From a virus (lineage: Duplodnaviria > Caudoviricetes): DNA of 59,504 nt. The translations under genes were made by a program, and so were the position numbers. The notes beneath the pieces are model-generated. The model ran no database searches. It was not told where the DNA came from and saw only the letters and a list, made by a program, of their open reading frames with translations. Location of the stretch: positions 1 to 59,504 of the IMG/VR virus record IMGVR_UViG_3300047157_000188. One strand, given 5' to 3'. The first letter of the stretch is position 1. Each line of letters opens with the position of its first letter. Shown here one piece after another: positions 19,248 to 26,081 of this stretch.

Positions 19248-19550
19248 TCAAGCCTTAATCGTCATTCCATCCTCAAAAGCTGCAATCCCATTTACATACC
19301 ATTCCCAATTTTCTTGACGTACATAAAAAGGACTAAACTTATTGATTCTGTCTTTTGTTGTGGGCGTCTTGTGTCCACCATGTCTCAGCGTTACGCTGTC
19401 GTCATCGTGAATAGTCACAACATCCGTACTGTATAACATGAAAGCCACGCTGCCATCCGGCTTTATTCTTACGGTAGTATTGTTTGCTACCTTGCGTTGC
19501 ATTCTGTTATTCTTTCCTAAAACCAATTTTGTTGCTTCTGCGTGTGTCAT
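19248..19550 (-). CDS. Conserved phage hypothetical protein
   Basis: AGGAGG RBS; LRHGGHKTPTTKDRINKF motif. Confidence 0.75.
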   Translation of the reverse strand: MTHAEATKLVLGKNNRMQRKVANNTTVRIKPDGSVAFMLYSTDVVTIHDDDSVTLRHGGHKTPTTKDRINKFSPFYVRQENWEWYVNGIAAFEDGMTIKA

Positions 19551-19570
19551 ATTATTTCCTCCTAAGTGTT

Positions 19571-19606
19571 ATATCGACATTCTACCAGATAAACTTTAGC
19601 TGTCAA
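19571..19606 (-). promoter_or_regulatory. Interleaved sigma70 + sigma28-type promoter (sigma70 first)
   Basis: TTGACA-GC-TAAAGTTT-ATCTGG-TAGAAT-GTCGATAT. Confidence 0.75.
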
Positions 19607-19629
19607 CAGAAAAAAATAAAAAAAATTTT

Positions 19630-19685
19630 TGGCATGAGGCGTGCGGGCCTCGTCGCTGTAAACTCTTATACAGCAACGAGTTATT
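19630..19685. repeat. Sigma54-type box (+) + GCGGGC + 8 nt + 29-bp palindrome
   Basis: TGGCATGAGGCGTGC (GG-N10-GC), GCGGGC at 19643-48, TGTAAACTCTT-ATACAGC-AACGAGTTATT at 19657-85. Confidence 0.7.
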
Positions 19686-19691
19686 TAAATT

Positions 19692-20258
19692 TTAAAAAAA
19701 GCTGTCAATTAGCTGTCCAGAAAATACGTTGCGTGTGAATAGATACCACGCATCATACGCTTTGTCAAGTGGTGGTCGAAACTTTTTTACAAAAGGTAGA
19801 TTCCAAGTATCTCCGGTCGTATTGTAATATTTAAACATTCTATCATCACAGTATACATCTGCTGGAATTAACAACCACATAACATGGTTACCCATCTTTC
19901 CTGAATTTATACTTCTCTCTTCTGAAGCCCAAGGCACACCAACAGCTACCAAATCCACATCTTCCCTAATATTAGATGCCGGTTTTGCAATCGTTGCACT
20001 TGTAGCTCTCTCTGGATCGTTTTTGGTTGGGCGTATCTGTGGAGTAGCAACTGTTATCTGTACAGTTTTAAAAATTTTCTCTCCGTTCTCTCCGTTAAAC
20101 ATTACGATCCGATCAATTCCTTTGTCGTTGGTAGCTTCAAAAGAATGAAACCCTCTTCTTACACATTCTTCGTCAAAAGTAATTTCTGCTCTTTTACCTC
20201 CTTGTCCACCGTTCTTACTGTTAGCTACTGCCTTACGTCTTTCGATAGTGATTGCCAT
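19692..20258 (-). CDS. Putative PD-(D/E)XK nuclease-fold protein
   Basis: GKRAEITF...RRGF...GIDRIV...KTVQIT...EDVDLVAV resembles the G..AE / D / QxK nuclease pattern, but with Thr in place of Lys. Confidence 0.5.
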   Translation of the reverse strand: MAITIERRKAVANSKNGGQGGKRAEITFDEECVRRGFHSFEATNDKGIDRIVMFNGENGEKIFKTVQITVATPQIRPTKNDPERATSATIAKPASNIREDVDLVAVGVPWASEERSINSGKMGNHVMWLLIPADVYCDDRMFKYYNTTGDTWNLPFVKKFRPPLDKAYDAWYLFTRNVFSGQLIDSFF

Positions 20259-20296
20259 TGTTGTCTCCAAAAAAAGTGGTGTTTGATCTTTCTCTT

Positions 20297-20334
20297 ATAT
20301 CGACAATTTTAACCTCTGAACTTTAATAAGTCAA
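20297..20334 (-). promoter_or_regulatory. Interleaved sigma70 + sigma28-type promoter
   Basis: TTGACT-TAT-TAAAGTTC-AGAGGT-TAAAAT-T-GTCGATAT. Confidence 0.7.
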
Positions 20335-20364
20335 CTATAAAAAGAGCAATATAAGAATTTTTTT

Positions 20365-20420
20365 TGGCATACGATATGCGGGCCCCGTCGCTGTAAGTTG
20401 TTGTACAGCAACGGGTTACG
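20365..20420. repeat. Sigma54-type box (+) + GCGGGC + 8 nt + 29-bp palindrome
   Basis: TGGCATACGATATGC, GCGGGC at 20378-83, TGTAAGTTGTT-GTACAGC-AACGGGTTACG at 20392-420. Confidence 0.75.
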
Positions 20421-20452
20421 CTTATAAAAAGTTAGGTGGAGCTGCTGATCCT

Positions 20453-20647
20453 TCAGTCAGATGTAAACATATTGTAAGGATAATTCCAATGATAAACGCC
20501 ACTCCTAGAATTTTCATCGTTTCCTTTTGTTTTTCCGTCATCTTCATTCTCCGTGTAAAATACTGTTTGAGTTAATGACCACATCATAGCTACGCCAACT
20601 GTATATCCTATTACAATCGACATGAAATCTAATTCTATAATATTCAT
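20453..20647 (-). CDS. Small membrane protein
   Basis: TM segment; ATGA overlap with the upstream gene. Confidence 0.5.
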   Translation of the reverse strand: MNIIELDFMSIVIGYTVGVAMMWSLTQTVFYTENEDDGKTKGNDENSRSGVYHWNYPYNMFTSD

Positions 20648-20922
20648 TCTGCTGTATACTCCTCATAAGTAAAACTTTGAACGCCTCGACGATATTGCTC
20701 CTCTACAATACCTGAAATCGCTGCTATATTTTCTTGTCTGTTCTCTGCTGTGCTAAGATCAATCTTAGGTACTGCTACCATTATCGACAAATTGTCCTGC
20801 TCCTCTCCAGTATTTTCATCTACAATATTACTGCAATCGTAATATCTGAAATTTGGATCCATAGCTTTATTCATTTTCTTCCCTGTATCGTTGTAGTAAT
20901 TCTTTAGAACCTGATCGAACAA
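20644..20922 (-). CDS. Hypothetical protein (5' end probably frameshifted)
   Basis: 92-aa ORF. Confidence 0.55.
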   Translation of the reverse strand: MFDQVLKNYYNDTGKKMNKAMDPNFRYYDCSNIVDENTGEEQDNLSIMVAVPKIDLSTAENRQENIAAISGIVEEQYRRGVQSFTYEEYTAE

Positions 20923-21049
20923 TATTTTCCCAATCTGTTACATCATCTCCCCTCAACTTTGCTTTTGGAATCTCATTTCCTGCCCAACGAACCCACATCT
21001 GTATATCTTCAGTCGCAAATTCGTCAAAATAGTATGGCATGTCCATAGC

Positions 21050-21250
21050 TTAACCCCAATCTTCATAGTTTTCATATGTTTCGTTATAGCAATCCCATTC
21101 TGTCCCGTATCCGTACAGGTCGTCACATTCTTGCATAAGGTCAGGCTGTCCGTCATCATACTGGTCATCTTCCATCATGTCAACAATGTCAAGGCCGTCA
21201 ACGTCGTCAAGATCGGATCGGTAAATGTTTTCAGCAGGTGTCATAATCAT
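21050..21250 (-). CDS. Small highly acidic protein
   Basis: GGAG RBS; very D/E-rich 66 aa directly downstream of a dual promoter. Confidence 0.7.
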   Translation of the reverse strand: MIMTPAENIYRSDLDDVDGLDIVDMMEDDQYDDGQPDLMQECDDLYGYGTEWDCYNETYENYEDWG

Positions 21251-21278
21251 TCTCCAAGTGGTTAAGTGTTATATTCCA

Positions 21279-21318
21279 AGTATACAGTCATTATCGGCAT
21301 TGTCAAGCGAAATCTTTA
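21279..21318 (-). promoter_or_regulatory. Interleaved sigma28-type + sigma70 promoter
   Basis: TAAAGATT-TCGC-TTGACA-AT-GCCGATAA-TGACTG-TATACT. Confidence 0.8.
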
Positions 21319-21510
21319 TTCTTTTTCTAAGATTGTGTCCAAGTAAATTTCCTCCGGCGTAATAACATATCCGTACTCACAATTGGGGGTATACACTCCA
21401 AAATATACCTTACCATTATCATATCCTTCGAACCCTACCATGATACCAAATATAGTGTAGATTGTCAACATCATTTTTCTCCGTTGGTGATTGTTTCCCT
21501 TATATATATA

Positions 21511-21538
21511 TTATCGGTTCACTCCGGCCATAACCTTA
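21511..21538 (-). promoter_or_regulatory. Sigma28-type promoter
   Basis: TAAG-N16-ACCGATAA; no TTGACA partner. Confidence 0.5.
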
Positions 21539-21557
21539 ATAAAAATATTTTTTTACT

Positions 21558-21605
21558 GGCTGGCTGTTTCCATAATTACTAACCCGAAGGGTTAGGTAGT
21601 ACACA
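21558..21605 (-). repeat. ~50-nt element copy
   Basis: TGTGTACTAC-CTAACCC-TTC-GGGTTAG-TAATTATGGAAACAGCCAGCC. Confidence 0.7.
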
Positions 21606-21622
21606 TCCGTATACCCCCTCTT

Positions 21623-21665
21623 GCGGGCATCCCGGCCGTAAGTCGTTTACTGGTAAGGGTTTACA
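21623..21665. repeat. GCGGGC + 8 nt + 29-bp palindrome
   Basis: CGTAAGTCGTT-TACTGGT-AAGGGTTTACA at 21637-65. Confidence 0.75.
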
Positions 21666-21673
21666 CTCGAAAC

Positions 21674-21769
21674 ACCATTCTGGTAAACATATAAGCGAAT
21701 AACAACACGTACCCCATCGAAACGATAGGGCCGTATTGTCGAATGATTGGCTCCAGGTCAACTAATGGC
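21674..21769 (-). ncRNA. Rod-like structured RNA element in a 3' UTR
   Basis: Nested pairings 21674-79/21764-69, 21680-83/21753-56, 21702-09/21732-39 and 21711-19/21723-31; the mismatches read as G-U on the minus strand. Confidence 0.5.
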
Positions 21770-21775
21770 TGCATG

Positions 21776-22063
21776 CTATCCTCCGAATGGTGATTGTTCT
21801 ACAGTATTCTCATAGTGTGATCGTAAAGCCTCGAGCCTTTCACTACTCCCTGGCTTTCCTATAGGATTAATCATATTGTCTTTACTGCTCAGGTATCTAT
21901 CATCTACCTTAGTCTGTTCACTCTTTACAATCTTCCTCATAGCCTTTCTATTAAACTTATGAACCGTACCATCCTGCTCAACACCTTTCCATATCATTGT
22001 ACATTCATCCCAAGCCGCCGATAGGATAGGATATTTTCTCATTAGCTTTTCTGTATTACTCAT
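21776..22063 (-). CDS. Hypothetical protein
   Basis: 95-aa ORF with GAGG RBS. Confidence 0.7.
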   Translation of the reverse strand: MSNTEKLMRKYPILSAAWDECTMIWKGVEQDGTVHKFNRKAMRKIVKSEQTKVDDRYLSSKDNMINPIGKPGSSERLEALRSHYENTVEQSPFGG

Positions 22064-22197
22064 TTTTCAAGTTCCTCATGTAAAGTATATTTCCTGCTAC
22101 TCTCATTCCATCCTTATCATCTAATTCCCAACTGTTAACATAATATAGTTGTACCAAACGAGTTGTTAGCTTGTCAAGCGTAACATATAGGTTCTCT

Positions 22198-22575
22198 TCA
22201 ATTAGTTCGTTCATTGTAGCAATAGTCTCCTGTGTTGTAGTTTCTTATCTCTTGTAGTTTAGCAGCTACTTCGTGAAAGTCAAGCCATCCAAGAACATCT
22301 ACACAACCGAGAGCCTCATTGATCGGCGTGTCATAGATGATCTCGCTTGTTTGCTCAGGGTCCGTTCCGTGTTCATACTTCAGAATCGCCAATTCAAAAT
22401 AACCATGCTGACCACCATAAGTCCCATCATGCAAAGCGATACTTGCCCCAAGTCCGTTGCTGAAATAGTAGCGTTTAACATATCGACCTTGCTCCCTGTG
22501 TGCTTGTGTGTTGAATCGTGTACTGTTTAGTTTCAGTGGATTTACTTTGCAAGTTTTCAATTTACTACTCCTCAA
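22198..22575 (-). CDS. Conserved phage hypothetical protein
   Basis: FSNGLGASI...YGGQHGYFELAIL...YDTPI...DVLGWL motif. Confidence 0.7.
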   Translation of the reverse strand: MRSSKLKTCKVNPLKLNSTRFNTQAHREQGRYVKRYYFSNGLGASIALHDGTYGGQHGYFELAILKYEHGTDPEQTSEIIYDTPINEALGCVDVLGWLDFHEVAAKLQEIRNYNTGDYCYNERTN

Positions 22576-22747
22576 TATGTGAAAGTCTGAAAGGGATTAG
22601 AACGTGATGCTGTACGAGTTGACGGGCTTCTGATTCTGTCATAGCTCCGACTTCTCCGATCTTGTTGCCGTCCAGGTCATACACGACCCAAACATTTTTT
22701 CTGACTTTTGGCATGATGCAATTGTTGTAACTCATTTCCGTTTCTCC

Positions 22748-23188
22748 TTATCGGGTAGCTCTCAGTATACTCTCTACTTTACGCTTGTCAACTATTTTCT
22801 CCAGACGGTTACGGATGATGCAACCTCGGACATTGGCTTCCCGCCATGCCTTGACTAGACCCTCTAATCGTCGGACCTCAGCTTGTCGGACGTCTGCAAG
22901 TGTTTCAAGGAAGTCTGTTCTGGCTTGCATTACCTCAGCGTAATCACCAAACCCGTCGACAGGTGGACGGATCGCCAATTTGACTACGGTATTTTGCTTG
23001 CGATTATTGCAGACACTGCAAAGGGCTTGCAGATTGTCCAGACTGGCTTTCCCGCCCTTAGACTCTGGCACGATATGATCGGCTTGCAGGGCGTCACGGT
23101 CACCGATACCACAAGCACGGCATCGGCCATTGTCCCGGTCTATCACTTGCAATCGTAGGGCGGTGGGAATTGTTTTTTTGCGTCTCAT
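22748..23188 (-). CDS. HNH endonuclease
   Basis: RDNGRCRAC, DHIVPESKGG, DNLQALCSVCNNRK. Confidence 0.9.
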   Translation of the reverse strand: MRRKKTIPTALRLQVIDRDNGRCRACGIGDRDALQADHIVPESKGGKASLDNLQALCSVCNNRKQNTVVKLAIRPPVDGFGDYAEVMQARTDFLETLADVRQAEVRRLEGLVKAWREANVRGCIIRNRLEKIVDKRKVESILRATR

Positions 23189-23224
23189 GATTTTCTCGTG
23201 GTGGTGGTGGTGGTGAATGATCAG

Positions 23225-23264
23225 AGTCTAAAATAATTATCGACAAATTGCAAGCGGAAGTTTA
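23225..23264 (-). promoter_or_regulatory. Interleaved sigma28-type + sigma70 promoter
   Basis: TAAACTTC-CGC-TTGCAA-TTT-GTCGATAA-TTATTT-TAGACT. Confidence 0.65.
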
Positions 23265-23450
23265 GCCCGCCCCGTAGAAATCTAGCATCGAATCGAAGTG
23301 TACCGATTCACAATCGTCGTAAACCGTGCAATCCTCAATAACCTCACAATGCTCGAGGCACGTAGGGCAGATTTGAGCGTCGGAGTGAACATATGCTCCG
23401 CAGCAATCGGAAGTGTAGCAGATCTCAAAATTTTGATTTACGTTACTCAT
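23262..23450 (-). CDS. Small Cys-rich (zinc-binding) protein
   Basis: SDCCGA...ICPTCLEHC; first gene of the early-like run. Confidence 0.7.
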   Translation of the reverse strand: MSNVNQNFEICYTSDCCGAYVHSDAQICPTCLEHCEVIEDCTVYDDCESVHFDSMLDFYGAG

Positions 23451-23486
23451 AATAAAAACCTTTCAAAGTGTAGTGTGTTATTTGTT

Positions 23487-23523
23487 ATATCGGCATTTTA
23501 CAGTATATACTTTAGCGATGCAA
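23487..23523 (-). promoter_or_regulatory. Interleaved sigma70 + sigma28-type promoter
   Basis: TTGCAT-CGC-TAAAGTAT-ATACTG-TAAAAT-GCCGATAT. Confidence 0.75.
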
Positions 23524-23609
23524 GCAAAATCTTGGAAATTTTCAAATATAGTTTCATGCCAAACGAGCACAAAATTTTTTTTATTGTTTTTTATAATTTT
23601 ATAAGTGTA

Positions 23610-23625
23610 TGGCATTCCGTTTGCT
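23610..23625 (+). promoter_or_regulatory. Sigma54-type -24/-12 promoter
   Basis: TGGCATTCCGTTTGCT versus consensus TGGCACGnnnnTTGC(A/T). Confidence 0.65.
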
Positions 23626-23712
23626 ACGTTGCCATCACTGGCTGAGATAAAAACGCACCCAACTATACGTATGTTTAACTGTACATATATTCACATGTGA
23701 GCAAAATTCTAG

Positions 23713-23740
23713 ATACCCCACGCAAGAGGGGTGTTTTTTT
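23713..23740 (+). terminator. Intrinsic terminator
   Basis: ATACCCCAC-GCAA-GAGGGGTGT followed by a T run. Confidence 0.55.
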
Positions 23741-23754
23741 ATTTTCCTACGTTA

Positions 23755-23771
23755 TTGAGACTGAGTCTCAA
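23755..23771. promoter_or_regulatory. Perfect 8-1-8 palindrome, operator-like (Fur-family geometry)
   Basis: TTGAGACT-G-AGTCTCAA. Confidence 0.5.
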
Positions 23772-23838
23772 AACGCCGGGGTGGTGCATACACAACTGGC
23801 AACCTCTATATAAATTGGCCAGTTTATTTTTTATAATA

Positions 23839-24264
23839 TTAGAGATACATATGAGCCCCTTGGTGCTTAAATCCTAATGAATCGTAAAATGGAATCACCG
23901 ATTCTTCGCAATTAAGCTTTACCTTATAGCAATCATTGTCTTTTGCTGCTTTGATACAATGTGCCACTATCATCTTTCCGTAACCTTTACCTCTATCCTC
24001 CACTTTTGTTGCCACATCTTCTATATGACAACACATCTTACTGTATCTTAATTTAATTTCTAATAATATTGTAGACGTCGCCACCACATTATCTTCTGCT
24101 ATTCCTAAGAACGTTATGATATTTTCTTTCCTGTATCTTAATCTTTCCCTTACATCCTCAACATTCTGCACCACACAGTCTGATTTATTTAAAACACTGA
24201 TACATTCCATATACTGTTTTATATATTTTTCGTCTGTATCTTTATTTAATATAATTATATTCAT
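23839..24264 (-). CDS. Glucosamine-6-phosphate N-acetyltransferase (GNA1-like GNAT)
   Basis: ILLEIKL...CHIEDVAT...RGKGYGK...CYKVKLNC...IPFYDSLGF; coupled to glmS by ATGA overlap. Confidence 0.85.
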   Translation of the reverse strand: MNIIILNKDTDEKYIKQYMECISVLNKSDCVVQNVEDVRERLRYRKENIITFLGIAEDNVVATSTILLEIKLRYSKMCCHIEDVATKVEDRGKGYGKMIVAHCIKAAKDNDCYKVKLNCEESVIPFYDSLGFKHQGAHMYL

Positions 24265-26078
24265 TCTACCGTAACACTTTTTGCTAAATTTCTAGGTTTA
24301 TCAACATTACATCCCCTACCTTCTGCACAATGTAAAGAAAACAACTGCAATGGTATTACTGACATAAATGGAGTAATTAATTCTTCGCAGTCAGGAACCT
24401 TAATATTATACTTTCCTATATTATCTTCATTACTGTGCTTTAGTATAGCTATTACCTGACCTCCTCTAGACTCTATTTCTATCTTATTATTTAAAATCTT
24501 ATTATATTCTTTATTATTGTTCGCTATAACTACCACAGGCATTTTATTATCTATTAAAGCTATAGGACCGTGTTTCATTTCTGCTGCCGGATATCCTTCT
24601 GCGTGTATATAAGAAATCTCTTTTAACTTTAATGCACCTTCTAAAGCTATTGGAAAATTATATCCTCTACCTAAAAATAAACAATTCTTTTTATGATAGA
24701 ATCTTTCCGCTAAATCCCTTAACTCTGCACAATCTTTAATAGCTTGAGATATTAGTATAGGTAAATCTTTAATACCACTAATAATTTTCTTTCTTTTATT
24801 TAAATCTGTATGATTCGTAGTCTGATCTATAAATAATGCCAGTAGTAACATACTTAAACATTGATTAGTAAAAGCTTTAGTACTAGCCACACCAACCTCT
24901 ATACCACATCTCGTATAAATCCCACATTCTGTCATTCTACTTATTTCAGAATTAACAGTATTACACACACCTATAGTAATTGCACCTTTCTCTTTCGCTA
25001 ATCTTAATGCTGCAATAGTGTCTGCTGTTTCTCCTGATTGAGATACTCCTATAACAATATCTCCATTTTCTATAACAGGATCCCTATATCTAAACTCACT
25101 AGCATATTCTACATTGACACCTACACCTGCTAGCTCTTCTATATAATATTTAGCTAACAATCCAGCATGCCAACTAGATCCACATCCTAATATAGTAATC
25201 CTTCTAGCTCTTATAAACATCTGCTTATTATCAAATCCACCCAACTTAACCTTATACCCATTTATTCTGCCCAACAAACATTCGCTAACAGCATTCGGTT
25301 GTTCATATATCTCTTTCAACATAAAGCTAGAGTAATTTTCTTTAGTAATTTCATATGCATTGTTATATATTTTTTCTATATTGCATTGTGTTACATTCTT
25401 TACATTGCTGTCATAATGTTCTACTTTATCTTTTGTAATTTTACTGATATATCCATCTTCTAACGTTATGACATGATTAGTATCTTTATTGAAAGCACTT
25501 ATATCACTAGCTACATAATAATTTCCATCATTTATTCCCACACATAAACTACTACCTTTTTTACCACATATCAAAGTATCTGGATTTTGCTGATCTAACA
25601 ATATAAAAGCATACGCACCTATAATCTTTTCTGTAGCCACTTTAACAGCACTATATAAATCCCCAACTTCTTGCAACACATCATATATTAGATATAGCAA
25701 TACTTCAGAGTCTGTATCTGAATTGATTGTATATTTATCCCTAAAACTATTCTTGATCTCTTTATAATTCTCTATGATTCCATTATGAACCAAGGCTAAA
25801 GAGTTATTATATGTAACATGAGGATGGGCATTTCTTTTACAAGCCTTACCGTGCGTAGCCCACCTAGTATGACCTATACCTATATTTCCATAAAGCTTTT
25901 TATTAACTTTCAGATCTTCTATGCTACCACTTTGCTTAATAGTCTTAATTTGACCAGTATCTTTCTCTATAAAGGATATTCCCACACTATCATATCCCCT
26001 ATACTCTAATCTCTTTAAGCCACCTATTAAAAAAGGTACAGCATTATTCTTACCTATATAAGCTACTATTCCGCACAT
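24261..26078 (-). CDS. glmS: Glutamine-fructose-6-phosphate aminotransferase
   Basis: MCGIV, LEYRGYDS, GHTRWATHG, SQSGETAD, ALKLKEISYIHAEG, C-terminal DKPRNLAKSVTVE. Confidence 0.98.
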   Translation of the reverse strand: MCGIVAYIGKNNAVPFLIGGLKRLEYRGYDSVGISFIEKDTGQIKTIKQSGSIEDLKVNKKLYGNIGIGHTRWATHGKACKRNAHPHVTYNNSLALVHNGIIENYKEIKNSFRDKYTINSDTDSEVLLYLIYDVLQEVGDLYSAVKVATEKIIGAYAFILLDQQNPDTLICGKKGSSLCVGINDGNYYVASDISAFNKDTNHVITLEDGYISKITKDKVEHYDSNVKNVTQCNIEKIYNNAYEITKENYSSFMLKEIYEQPNAVSECLLGRINGYKVKLGGFDNKQMFIRARRITILGCGSSWHAGLLAKYYIEELAGVGVNVEYASEFRYRDPVIENGDIVIGVSQSGETADTIAALRLAKEKGAITIGVCNTVNSEISRMTECGIYTRCGIEVGVASTKAFTNQCLSMLLLALFIDQTTNHTDLNKRKKIISGIKDLPILISQAIKDCAELRDLAERFYHKKNCLFLGRGYNFPIALEGALKLKEISYIHAEGYPAAEMKHGPIALIDNKMPVVVIANNNKEYNKILNNKIEIESRGGQVIAILKHSNEDNIGKYNIKVPDCEELITPFMSVIPLQLFSLHCAEGRGCNVDKPRNLAKSVTVE

Positions 26079-26081
26079 ATA

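Noticed and set aside
11714-21665. Repeated intergenic motifs as a CRISPR array
   Set aside because: Copies are degenerate, dispersed and separated by whole genes rather than constant-length spacers; no cas genes are present.
23198-23215. (GTG)n microsatellite
   Set aside because: Short, lies in a 5' UTR (CACCAC run before the HNH start), and shows no sign of phase variation.
23679-23695. LexA/SOS box (CTGTACATATATTCAC)
   Set aside because: The right half-site is CAC rather than CAG; a single imperfect copy.
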